Made by a program: the position numbers and the translations under genes
Source: Moniliella sp. 'wahieum'
Lineage: Eukaryota
Direction: 5' to 3'
Assembly (NCBI GenBank): GCA_003971905.1
Contig: RSEE01000035.1
Coordinates: 62,001-126,000, forward strand
Length of the DNA: 64,000 nt
Shown: piece after piece, positions 40,025 to 52,061 of the stretch
Layout: the number at the start of each line of letters is the position of its first letter
Numbering within the stretch: the stretch's first letter is position 1
The notes under the pieces: model-generated
What the model saw: the letters and a program-made list of their open reading frames with translations, nothing else
Database searches by the model: none
Told to the model about the DNA's origin: nothing

Positions 40025-41661
40025 TCACGCCGTGCTCAATACCCCCTGGCTGTCGTAGTGGGGCACCAGTCCAATGTCCTCGGCACTTTGGGGTCGCGTG
40101 GCCGCGCCGGCCGAGGAGGTTCCCTGGACGGACGGCGCGCCAGGTTGGGGGGAAGTTTTCTTGTCCTTTTTCGAAAAGAGGGCCGAGAGTTTGAACGAGT
40201 AAAGAAGAAGCAGATCTGGCCAAACAAGAGCAAAAATGCGCGCCGGGATAAGTCCCACTTGAGACTATGTTCCAATCCGGTCTTGAGCGTGCTGACGACA
40301 ATGGTCAATTTGTGCTTCAGGTCCTGGACCGCTTGTTCTTGATCGTTCTGTTGCCCCTTGACCTCGGTCTTGGCCTCGTTCATGGCCACTTGGATCACAT
40401 GCCGCATATTGTCCACGTCTTCGCGCGCCTTTTGCGATAACCGGTCCACCTCCCGTTGCAGCACTTGCGTCATGCTGCGCAACGACGCACCATCGTTCCG
40501 CGCACGCACCTCCAACTCGGTCTTGACCTCGTTGAGCGACAAACGAAATACGTACGACTGGTACTCCACATCCACCAAGCTCATATGTCCTTCGCGCGCC
40601 TCGTTCAGTCGAGCCACCAACATCTCTTCCACTGCCTCAGCAAGAATGGTGGCTACCTTAGCTTGCTCTGCCTCCTCCATCCCAGCCGCATCCCAGCCCA
40701 CTTGCTCCAACCGCTGGGCAAAGGCACGCGTGTCGATCAAGTGGAGGATCGGGTTGAGCCTCTGGTGCGGCTCGCGCAGGTACTCGGCCCATCCCATGCC
40801 CGGCGTGGTGGGCACCGCAGCAGGCGTGGCAGCCGTACCCGCCCCCTCGTCGGCGCTCGACGACGAAGTCGACGCCCCCTCGGCTTTCTTAGAGGGCGCG
40901 GGAAGATCGATGATCATATCTGGCTCGGACGATTCAGAAGCGGGGGTGGACGAGGAGGATCGAGGCGAACTCTTGTCAGCCTGTTCGAGGGAACGCAGCT
41001 TCAGCAGATCCTCTGCCCGCTCGGGCGGAGGTTGAGGCGGAGACGATTCTGTGGGCGCCTCGGATGGAGCGGGTGGAGAAGCAGAAGAGGAAGCAGAAGA
41101 GGAAGCAGAAGAGGAAGCAGAAGAGGACGCGGGTGAGGAAGCAGGAGGGGAAGCGGGGGCAGATGGGGGATCGTCACTCGCTGTCGCGGCAGTTGTTGCG
41201 CCAATTGCGGTGGCAGTAGGTGAGGGGGAGGGAGAGCCTTGTCGTTGGGCGAGCGCTTCGCGGGTCCAAGCATCATCGGTGGTGGAGTCCTTGTTGTCCT
41301 GCTTGGGCTGGGGTTGGAGGCGCAAGTTGCGGATCGTGCCGCGCTTGCGGAGCGAGCCGTAGGCCAAGGCGGCGGCGGTGGAAGAGACATCGTGGATGGC
41401 CTCCTCCTCGGGTGGTTTGCGGGACGCATTGCGGAGCGGCGGAAGGGTGTGGAAAGAGCGGATGGGAGACGCAGCGAGAGACGCAGGGCTGGAAGAAACG
41501 ATGGGCACTGCCAAGCGGGCAGAGAGGGAGATGTGCGCAGCGAAGGACGGTGGTGCACGTGGGGGTGCCCACCGGCGCAGAGGGAGAGCGCGAGGCGGGG
41601 GGGCGAGTGCGAGCGCAGCGGCCTGCGGCCGCCAGGGCAGCCGAGCTGCCCGCGGGAGCAT
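40025..41661 (-). CDS. DUF1640 / CCDC90-MCUR1-like mitochondrial coiled-coil protein (Fmp32/Put6/Put7 family)
   Basis: Mitochondrial presequence, low-complexity linker, head motif HLIDTRAFAQRLEQVGW, QSYVFRLSLNEVKTE, long coiled coil, and LKWD followed by a TM. Frameshift near 40215. Confidence 0.85.
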
Positions 41662-42222
41662 GGCGGGGACAAGCGCGCCCAAGGGAAACAGACACGCGGC
41701 TGCTTCCGGCAGCAGCGGCAAGAGGAGGCCCGATGGCCAGAAGGTGGGGTGGTGGGGGTGGTGGGGGTGGGCAACCCAGCCCCGTGCGCGATGCTGTTGT
41801 TGTTGGGGTCGGCGCGGTCGTCGTCGTCGTCGCCGTCGATGCCCGCGGGCCCGGCCGGCCCAACCCAAGGGCAGGAGGAGGGCGTCACGGCTGAGCTCAC
41901 CGGTTGCAGTCTGAAATGTTCACGATCTGATGCGCGCTTCTTGCCCCTGTAAGCGCTAAGCATGCAAGCACAATGCTAAGAAGGCAATGCGATGTGATGT
42001 GATGTTCCCAGCGATCTTTCGCCGTGTGGCGATCTGGGGAGTGCGTCTGGCGAGTATCGATTCTCGATTACGGCAGCCCTGGGCAGCGTGCTGTGTATGA
42101 TCGCGAGCGTCTAATGCATACCAGTGCTGGTCCGGGTCCTGGCACTGACCAGCCCCGCAAGCGTGTCCCCTCGCTCCCCGCCTCGAGTTCCCTCCGGCCT
42201 CACCATCCATCCTCCCACCCCC

Positions 42223-42955
42223 ATGTCCTTGCCCTCCACCGCCGCCCCCGAGTCCCCCACGCAGGTGCAGGCTTCCATCGGCAAGGGCGTTCACCGCCAG
42301 TTTGTCGTGGGCAAGTCGGCTCTGCACGGCGCGCAGTACGCATCCCTGGCGGCGTCGCCAGCCTATCTGATCTATGCCTGGCGCACCCACCGTTTCAGCT
42401 TGCGCGCGCTGATGCGTGCCAATTGGGTCGTGCCGTTGGCCGGCAGTCTGGTGGCTGGTGCATATGCCGCCCAGACCTGCTCCACCGCCAGCGACCAGGC
42501 TACCTTTGCCCAGGCCACCGCCCTGCGTCACAATGCGGCCTCCATCAAGGCAGAAGACTACTATGTCATTGGCGGTGTGGTTGGCGCCTTGGCCATCCCT
42601 GCCATCTTCCGTACGTCTCCGTCTACGTCTACGTCTACGTCTACGTCTACGTCTACGTCTACGTCTACGTCTACGTCTACGTCTACGTCTACATCTGCAC
42701 CCCCGTTGTTCCCCTTTCCGTCTGGCACGCATGCTTACTGACTTCCCGCACCCTACCTACTGCCCAGTCAAACGGGTGGGGATCATCAACGGGGCCCTGG
42801 GCGGCTTGGGCATGGGCGGCGGCGCGGGCCTGGTGTACAACTGGGTCGAGGAGGCACTCGAGAAGCGCCAGTCGGTCGCTTCGTCTCAGAAGGCGCAAGT
42901 GCCCCCACCACTGCCCGAACCACCTGTACCGGCACCGACTCCTAGCAGCGTCTAG
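42223..42955 (+). CDS. hypothetical small multi-pass membrane protein (Gly-rich helices, Tim17/PMP24-like appearance)
   Basis: EDYYVIGGVVGALAIPAIF, then intron 42611-42767, then KRVGIINGALGGLGMGGGAGLVY. The splice restores the frame. Confidence 0.65.
42621..42693. repeat. (GTCTAC)n hexanucleotide microsatellite inside an intron
   Basis: About 12 perfect units. Confidence 0.95.
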
Positions 42956-43103
42956 GCCAGTCTCGCTCTCTTGCTATGTAGTGATGGATTTGGCTATTGG
43001 CTTGCACGCGTGCGCTCTTCTCTGGGCCGCAGGGGGAGGGATCTGGCATGCAGACTGGATTGGATTGAATTGGATAGGATGGGATGGCAAAGAAGACAGA
43101 GCC

Positions 43104-43489
43104 TTAGACCTCCAGGTCCCAGGCGAGGATGCCTATCCACGTACAAGTCAGCAAACTGCACCAGCCAGCAGTTGGGGGGGTCCAGGGGTGAACAAACACT
43201 TACCATCAACGTTGGGCAGGATCTTGGTGCGGGAAAACTCCTTGTGCTCAGGGTCATTGGCATAGGTAGTGTACTCTTCCTTGGACGCAAACGTGATGTA
43301 CAGGCCAAAGTTGTAGCCCTGGGCGCGCTCAGGAAACTCGGGCTCGGACCACTTGACCGACTGAGCCAGCTGCTTGACAACCGCAAGCTCATGGAGCGTG
43401 GCGAGTTGGGAAGTCAACTGGCCAAAAGCCGTTGCCTCAGCCGTAATGCTGGACTTGACCTTGAGGAGTACGATGTGGACAAAGACCAT
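43104..43489 (-). CDS. Dabb-family stress-responsive A/B barrel protein
   Basis: HIVLLKVK, RAQGYNFGLYITFASKEEYTTYANDPEHKEF. A terminal intron (GTAAGT..tag) yields the end DGILAWDLEV*. Confidence 0.88.
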
Positions 43490-44314
43490 GATCAGAGGGT
43501 GGCTAGGATGATGGAGGTGAGAAGGGAGAGGGCGTCAAGCTTCAAGTCCGAATGCAAGGTGCGCTTGGGAAGCTGCTCTGAGCGGCTGAGCGTAGCCTGA
43601 GATTAGCCGCTGACGGCAACCGAACGTTGAACACCTCAACTGAGGCGCACGGGCGGTGACGCTGTGACGCGGTGACGTGACGCGGTGAGGTCGGTCGAGA
43701 TCCGGTGACCGGTGAGGCCTGAGGCCGTAGCCGGAGATATGCGCGAGTAGGGTTGCTGGCCTTGCGTGGGCGAATTTGGAAGTACCCCCCCCCCTGGCCC
43801 CGCCCCGCCTCTGGACATCGATCGGCCTTTCCCAACCTTACTCGACTCCCCCCAAGCAATCATGAACCATGCTGGCTTTCGATTCCATTTCCACCATCTT
43901 CTTCTCGGACGTCACGGATCCGCCTCAGTCCTTGAGCTTGAGCGCTTGAGGACTTGAGCCTCACGTTTAAGTCCAAGGTCGATGAGCGACCAAGTGGGGG
44001 CGGTGGTATGGTATCCACATCATAATGCCCCTTCTATAAAGTAGCTACTAATACTTGACGTGTTTGGGGCTGGCCTCGCTCTCCTTGCTACACTGCTGTG
44101 TTGGACATCATACATCACTAGTCACTCCCGAAAGGAGAGGACAGCCAGGTACGCGACGAGCACATATCCCAAGCATGGTAACCGGTAACCGGGACCTTCC
44201 AACCAAGGCATACGCCACTGCTGGGCCAACTGGATGCTGGATTCGAATTGAGATTGAAGCTTGAAGCTTGAAGCTTGATGGCCGGAACAAGTGGACCGAG
44301 AGAGGGGGGAATGG

Positions 44315-45762
44315 TTAGCGTTGGCGCAACTGGCCATCGCGGGCCCCACTCGGCTTGGTGACCGGTTCACTGGCGGTAGTCTGACCTGCGTCTGGCTGCT
44401 CGGTACTGGGGGTGGGGGCGTGCGAGTTTCGGATCTGCTTTTGGAGAGCAATCAGTTGTTTTTCAAATTGACGACCAAACACTTCAATGTAAAAGCTGCC
44501 ACCATTGTACGTCGCAATCACAAAGATTGTCACCAAAAACCCAGTTGCAATGTGCTGGTGCTGGTAAAACACGAGCGGAGCCGGGAGAATGGAGAGGAAC
44601 GTATACGCAAATTGCAACACTTAACGCAACGCAAGCGGCAGTGAGGGGGTCGGGGGGGGGGGGGGGGGATGGTCAGCACCGTCAGCTTCTCGTACCACAC
44701 AGGAAACCTAACAAAAAAACACAAAACGAAAGCGGAGGAGAGGCACCGTACACATGAAAAAGGGTTCGCGCCATTTGGTTGGCACCGACGAGATGAGATG
44801 GCTAATGGCTCCCTTTCCAGAGCTCATCGTCGAAAACGAGTTGATGCGTTTGCCGGAGCGGATCTTCTCCCGCTTGCGGTAGGAGATAAAGTAGTAGTAC
44901 CCAGCTTGCCACAGTGCATAGACAACAAAGCAAAATCCGATCGAGGTGCCCAGGTCCAGGGAGGCGATCCGTGCGGCGGCTGGGTACGCTTCGTCCCGTT
45001 CTTGGTCGGAAAGCAAAAAGTGGATGGTGTGGAAGACAATGGGCGGGGTCATGTGGATAAACACGCTGGTCATCTTGTCAATGTTGTGTAGGACGAGGCT
45101 GTTGCGCCATGCGGCCACCGAAACGGCGAGGGGACCGTGGGCAGAGCAGTAGGACACGGTCCAGAGGAACTTGGAGTCGGGCGCGAGCCAGAGGTAGGCA
45201 AGCGCAAGCAAATTCGACATATAGCAATAGTCTAGTAAAAAGTACCCCCATGGACGCTGGATCGCGTACTGGTAAAATCGCAGTGGCAGGTACACAGCCG
45301 CCAGCCCCGAGTACATCAGCGGCACCCAGGTAGGCCGACCGAAGATGGCCATGGAAAACGACACGATGGTCATGACGCCCATAACAAACGACCACTTGTC
45401 ACGGAAACGCACGTTGCGCGTATCGTTCCAGCTCTCCGACAGGACGTCAATCCGCTTTCCCAAATCGTCCCGGAAGCGCTGGAGGTCGTCGTGGAACTTT
45501 TGGCTTGATCGTGGTGCAATTGCGAGGCATGCTCCGCAGCATGCTGCACCCGGCTCAGTGCGGCGTTCTTGAGCTCGTTTGCGCGGGCGGGTAGGTCGAC
45601 CTTGGAGAACGCAGGGGAGGCGTGGGGCCGGTCGAGCTGGGCGCTGCGGTGGTGGAGGTACTCAAACAAGCCCAGCAGGCCCGAGGTGTCCTCATCCGTG
45701 TCCGAGTCGGAGCCACTATCGGAATCCGAGCTGTAAGCAAAGGAACTCCACTTGTTCGACAT
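44315..45762 (-). CDS. GPC1: glycerophosphocholine acyltransferase (DUF2838)
   Basis: RFRDKWSFVMGV, LPLRFYQY, YFLLDYCY, GPLAVSVAAWRNSLVLHNIDKMTSVFIH, FMLLQFAYT, ATYNGGSFYIEVFGRQFEKQL. Intron ~44618-44752 and one 5' frameshift. Confidence 0.9.
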
Positions 45763-46220
45763 GGAGGTGGTGGTAACAGCGCTACCTAGGCTTCAAGCTG
45801 AGTTAAGTCAAACGTCGATATTCAGTGGGCAGCATGTGGCAGGTGACATGTGACGTCATGGGATTTTGATAGTGACCTAGTGACCGGTTTGAACGTTGAA
45901 CGTAAACGTTGATCATGCATCGAACAAGCTGCGAACTCTACGCTCGTTGGACGGGGCCGATCTCCTTCGACCCCTCCTTTGCTTCTTGCCACTTGACGCC
46001 TATCATAACACAGGAAGTGGAAAGGGAAAGGACAAATTCGTATGGGTATGGGCAAAAGAATGATCCTCTCATCACTGCATCACCACATTACCGGGGTACA
46101 GGAGACAAAAGGAAAAAAAAACGATAAAAAAGGCAATACCATCGCGCTTGAGCCTGAGACCTTAGAGACTCAGGCCTGAGGGTACACAGCAAGTGGCTTC
46201 CACACCAGGCTCTCCGTAGG

Positions 46221-47430
46221 CTAGTTGAGCAGCTATCCAAGGCATTGTCAGTCCGTCTGATTGTACCCGAAGCAAGAGGGAAAGGGGGTGGTGGGGGGGA
46301 AGGGGAATACGCACTGCCAGTAGCACGATCGCAATCACCACACCGACGATGATCAACAAGCAAAACGCCGCCGGCCAGCTTGCGCTGGTAATCGTGAGCC
46401 TGGACCAAACTCCTGTCTGCGGCACCGGCGTGAACGGCGACATTGGTAATGTTGTACTCAATGTTGTCTGGGGGGAACAGAATAGGGTCAGTAAAAAGCT
46501 CCGATGCAACCTCCGATGCAACCAACGGCCGACGCTGGCGATGTGGGAAAGGGGTTACGCACCAATCATGCCGCCTTGCTCTTGGACAATGTGGCCCAGG
46601 TCGCGGAAGATCTCGTTGAGTTCATGAATGCCCTGCTCAATCTCGGTAATCTCGGCTTCGCGTTCGGCAATCAAAGATTCTTGAAACTCGAGTTCGGCTT
46701 GGGACGGACCAGCAGCTTTTCGGATCTGGGCTTGGACTTGTTCTGGTTCCGAGCCAGACGGTTCGAGGTCGACCAAGGGAGTTGCATCGTCTTCTTGCGC
46801 TCTGGAGAAGATTGTGTGTGTGGGGGGGGGCGCAAAGTGTCAACATGTTCATGCTTCTTTCACAGACAATGAAAATAGGAAAGGGGCAACGTACACTTGG
46901 TTGGAAGAGAGGCGCGATGGCCCGATACCGGGTGCGGCAGTGTGGGATGCTTGAGCCGCTTGGGCAGCCTGGGCGTCCTTGAGATCGTCCCGATTTCGGG
47001 CGGCGGAAGCTCGCTGTGCAGCCTGGAAGCGAACCAAGGCGGCTTCAAAATCGCGTTGGAGTTTGTTGGCCGCGAGCTGGCGGCCGGCCTGCTGGTCGCC
47101 AGGGACAGCAGTCTCCTGGGCTAACGCTTTAAGTGTGTCGGTGGTGTTGTGGGCCAAGGTGCGGGTGGCCTCGTTGAGATCGTGCATCTTTTGTGCCCAG
47201 CCAACGTCGGTCTTGCCCCGGGGATCACGGGAGAGGGAGACGAGCTTCTCGATGGCATGTGCATTGGTGTTGATCTTGAAGATCTGGATGGAGAGCGCGT
47301 GGGTCTGGGCGCGGAAGCGCTCGTCGGCATTGTCTTGGTCGACGGGCTGGGTGGGGGGGCGGTCGGAGGGGCTGCGGTGGACAGGAAGCACGGGGCGGCG
47401 GCTGGATGCCTGCAGCGACTGGAAGGACAT
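46221..47430 (-). CDS. endosomal/vacuolar Qa-SNARE syntaxin (Pep12/Vam3/syntaxin-7-like)
   Basis: Habc region (LSIQIFKINTN..KLQRDF..FQAAQR), SNARE motif EFQESLIAEREAEITEIEQGIHELNEIFRDLGHIVQEQGGMI-DNIEYNI, and C-terminal TM LLIIVGVVIAIVLLA. Three introns. Confidence 0.88.
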
Positions 47431-47831
47431 GGTGGTGGGCACGAGGCAGTCGCGCCGGCCTGGGTTGAGTGTGGCGGGCGGGGCGGGGCGTGCGGTGGAC
47501 GGGAAGGCGGATGGGTGGCTGCGTGACGGGGTGGCTGCGACTGGCGGTGCGATGGCAGTGCATGCGGTTCGGCGCTGCAATTTCAATTGGGACAAGCGCT
47601 GTTTGGCAAGAGTTGAAACTGGCCTCGCTCTCGTGGGAGCCATTTCCGCTTTCAGCGAGGCAGCGAGCGCCCCATGGGCTGGCGAGCGAATGGGGTGGGA
47701 CGCACGCATGGAGGGATGGATGGATGGCCACGCACCTCGCCTCTCCACAACCGCCCCCTCCTCGTCCTCGGTTCGTGCGCCCGCATTCTCCTTCCCACCG
47801 CCGCCTGGTGCCCTCCCTCCTTCTTGTCGCC

Positions 47832-49366
47832 ATGAGCGCCCCTCGTCGCTACTTTGGCTCTGGCGCCGGCGTCCGCGACCGCACGTCTGCCTTCCGCGCC
47901 GCTCTTGCCGCTGCCCGCGGCTCCTCCACCTCTGCTCCCGCCGCATCGGCTGCGTCTGCCTCCACCTCCGTCCAGCCCTCCACCTCTGCCACCCCACCCC
48001 ACTCCGCTCGGCCCGCCATGCCCTCCTCGACGACCCCAGCCCCTCCCCCCTGGCATCCCGCCCTGCCTCGGCGCCCGGCAAGCGACGGGGCGAGTTTGCC
48101 CAACGTGCCCAGCTCATCTTCCAGGACGTGGCGCGCACGTCGGAGAAGCTGGGCAACTTGGCACAGTGTGCGTACCCTGCCCTGCTTGCTATTGGCATCT
48201 TGATTCCTGATGACCCCCTCCCTTTTCGTTCTTCCCCGCTTGGCCAGTGGTCCAGCGCCGCAACTTGTTGATGATCGCGCCGTGGAGATTTCGCAGCTGA
48301 CCCAGGTCATCAAGGCGGACCTTGCGGCGATCAATAGCCAGATCTCTGGGCTGCAGCAATTTGCATCCAAGACGAGCAAGCCCAAGGGCGCCAAGGGTGC
48401 TGTGGCCGAGCATCAGGGCAACGTGGTGAACTTGCTCCAGTCGAGCCTTGCCGGTGCCACCAGCAACTTTCAGGACATCCTTGAGACTCGCACCCAAAAC
48501 ATCAAAGCCTCCCGGGACCGAACGGGCCAGTATGCGTATGGTGGCGCCAGACCAGCGGCCGGAATGGCCGAAACGTCAGGTAAGCTCTTCTTTGGCCATG
48601 TTCTTGTCCACGCTTTGCTCACGCTCACGCTCACGACTTCTTCTCCCCTGTCCCCCCTGCAGACTCACCATTGTATCGCAACCGAAGACCACCTGCCACC
48701 GCAGCTGCCGCTGCTCACCGGCAACTGCCCGGGTACGATCTAGGTTCCTCGAGTGTCCCAGTCAGCCGTGCTTCTACCCCCAGTAAGCTGGCTAACACAG
48801 CCGCTTTGTCGGACGAGGCTGGCCAGGCACACTCCTCGTCGGACGGGGAGTACCTCGCGCTCGACATGGGCAACCATGGAAACTCGTTTACTCAAATGCA
48901 ACTTGTGGAGCAACAGGTGCGCTTTCCCCCTCCCTTTCCCATTCTACCATTCTACCCTGCGTTTCCCTGTCCCCTGCTGGCCGGGTAACTGACATGCGGT
49001 ATTAGGACGACTATGTACAACAAAGGTCCCGAGCCATTGAGAACATCGAAGGCACCATTTCCGAGTTGGGACAAATGTTTGGGCAGTTGGCTCACATGGT
49101 GGCTGCCCAGCGGGAGACGGTACAGCGAATCGATGAGGATGTGTTTGACATTTCGGACAATGTGACGGGGGCGCAGAACGAGCTGCTGAGGTACTATGCC
49201 AGCGTTAGTTCCAACCGTGCGCTGATGCTCAAAATTTTTGGTGTGCGTCCTCTTGCCCCTTTTGCGCGTTGACCGGGTTGACCCACGCTGGATCCTGACG
49301 TTCTTGGCCTGCGCCTCTGCCCAGATCCTCATCATCTTTTTCCTGTTGTTTATTCTTGTGTCGTGA
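47832..49366 (+). CDS. SED5: cis-Golgi syntaxin-5
   Basis: N-terminal RDRTSAF (Sly1-binding) motif, DDRAVEISQLTQVIKADL, FQDILETRTQNIKASRDRT, SNARE motif RSRAIENIEGTISELGQMFGQLAHMVAAQRETVQRID, NRALMLKIFG and a TM. Four introns. Confidence 0.93.
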
Positions 49367-49924
49367 TGCAGACGGCATGCGTCTTTTACCCGCACGTGGG
49401 CCTGGGCTGACATACGGGTCCTGCGGGGGTGCCAGAGACGGCCGCTTTCTCTCTCTCTTTTTCTTGTGCTGTTGTCCACCCAGACAATTCCATCCACCTT
49501 CGTTGCCGGTTGCGTGTTGCCTGTGTGAGCGCCAAAGGATGGGGGGGTGCGAGGAGCGTATGCGGGTGTTGGGGACACTGGAAGAGCTGGGAGAGAGATG
49601 GGTGGATGATAGAGGTGTTGGATGATGTGGGCAGATGCTGGGGCCCAAGCCAAACGCGGGGGGTGAAATGTTCACCGCACCCAGTGCGGCTGGACGCTGG
49701 CCAGCGTATTACATGGGCCAGGCCGACGTCATATCCAAGGCACACCAGATCGCCTGTCAGGCAGCGCGCCAACCAGCCCAGGGCATCAGTACTCAGAGTC
49801 GGCTGCTCGCCAGTGCTCAGCGCGAGCGCCCGTTGCTGCCGCCGCCGCCCCCCCTCCCCAGCATCCTCCGCACCGCCTCTTGCCCACACCCCCGCCGCCT
49901 GCGCTGTGGCCTGCTTCCGCCGCG

Positions 49925-51682
49925 ATGGCCTTGATCGTCGCGGCCACGGCCTCCCCATCGCCTCTCCCGCCCCCCGTCGGCGCCCCATCGCCGTCACGGG
50001 CAACATCCTCATCGCCCTCGCTCTCAACGTACAGAAGCTCGCCCACACCCGCCTCCAGCTCCTCCACCCACCCCCGCCCCCCCCGATACCCGCCCCAGCC
50101 ACCTCGTCCTCCGCCGGCGATACCCTCCCACCGTCCAGAGCGTATGGCACATTTTCTTCCTTTCGCTCTTCGCCCTCCCACTCCCACTCCCCTCCCCCCT
50201 CGCCCCCACACGCACCGCCTCGCCCCGCCCCGCCCGAGCGAGGCCACGACACCCGGATTCCGATTCCGACTCTGGGCCCAACCCGGCCCCTGCGCATGCA
50301 AATGGCATCTCCTATCTCCGCAGCCGTTTGTGGTGGGTCGGGTGCGGCCTGATGTCTCTGGGTGAGTGTGGCAATTTTATCTGTACGTCCCCAACCCTTG
50401 CTCCCGCCGTGCGGATCCAGAGCCGTTACTGATTCAACGAAGCCTACGGATTTGCGCCGGCCTCGCTCATTGCTCCGCTGGGTTCCGCTGCGCTTCTGGC
50501 CAATGTGTTTCTCGCCCCTATGGTCGTTGGCGAGCAACTGCAACCCACCGATGTGGTTGGGGCCGCCTTGTGCGCCCTGGGAGCCGGTGGCGTCGTCTGT
50601 GCCGTTCCATCCAAGGGGAGCGCGCCATTGAGCTTGGAAGCGCTGATGCGTGCCCTGCAGCAGAGGACCTTTATCGTTTACTGCATTGTGGATGTGGGTG
50701 TGGTTGCTGCGCTGTCGTTGTTGTCCTTGACACCCATGGGGAACAGAACGTTGCTAATTGATTTGGGCGTGTGTGCCTGTTTAGGTGCACTAACTGTGCT
50801 TGCGACCAAAGCATTTTCTGGTCTTGTTGCTGGCGCAGAGGGGGGGGTGGACTGGGAGGTGTACTGGCTGCGCTGGATCATCCGTTGCTCCTTGGCCTTG
50901 TTGCTGTCTTGGCCTCCACAGCGGTGGGACAAGTGGTGTTTCTCAATCGTGCGCTGCAGCGATTCGAAGCCTCGCGGGTCATCCCCACCCATTTCACCTT
51001 GTTTACCATGAGCGCCATTCTTGGCTCGGCCGTGCTCTTTCGTGATTTTGCCGCTTGGCCCCCGTCGCGCGTCGCGGGGTTCCTGCTGGCGTGCTCGACC
51101 ACCTTTGTTGGAGTATATGTATTGGCACGAAACAAGAACCATACACCCGTCCCTGACGAACCTTCCACGTCCACGGCCGCTCAACAGCACTCGGTTGCGC
51201 CCACTCCAGCACCCGAGCCGGAGGTAGAGAGTTGTTCAGCAGCGCCTCCCCCAGCGCCTCCTTTATCACGCCCTTTTCTACGAAGTACTCTCACAGATAC
51301 GGTGCTGGTCCCGCACCGGGACAGCAAGGACATTGCGCCCTCGTCCCGGGCCCGACGGTACCTCACCGGTCCGGCACTTGCGCTGAGCACGGGACATTAC
51401 CTCCTGCTGCCGCTCGATGGTGCATCGAACGGCCCTGACCACCCTGCTGTTACGCAGCCTATGGACGCGCAGAGTGAAGCAGGCCTGGACCGGCAAGGCT
51501 CGCGCCTAGTGCCGCGCTCCTCGTTGGCGTTCCCAAGTTTGTCGCGCAGCCTAGACCAGTGGCCCGGCTGGCCCGACCTGTTCCACTCGCCACGACGAAG
51601 TGGGGCAGAGGGCGAGTCGAGCTGGAACTCTGCGCTGGTCGCGACGGGAACCAGGCCAGAGGAGCAGCAGGAGGATGCGTAA
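49925..51682 (+). CDS. NIPA/DUF803 magnesium transporter family protein
   Basis: IAVTGNILIALALNVQKLAH, AYGFAPASLIAPLG, FLAPMVVGE, LLIDLGVCACLGALTVLATKA, QVVFLNRALQRFEASRVIPTHFTLFTMSAILGSAVLFRDF. Intron(s) and frameshifts. Confidence 0.88.
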
Positions 51683-52061
51683 TCAACGTACCCCATCTCC
51701 CTTGGCTACGCCCTTGCGGCCGTTTTTTTTGGACGTGGCGGATTCTCTGTTGTATTTACTGGTTGCCCCACGCTTTGCACGCAATAGGCCGGTAATGTTC
51801 CCTGTAGTGCGTTCGGGCTAGTAGTATAGTCGTCTGTCAGGGAAAAGCTACAGCATCAATACATCGACAACGAGACAGCGGGGTGGGCGATTACCTAAGT
51901 GCACGTGGCCAAGCTGCATTTGCTGGATGTGGGTGCCTCTGGGGCGGGAGCTCGCCCATTCTTCCAGCCGGAAGACTCAAGACAGCCGTCGGCAGCAACC
52001 AGCACGCTGGCCATTCTGCCTGCTCCGCGTCCACCACCGCCCCCACACCGCCCCCGTCATC

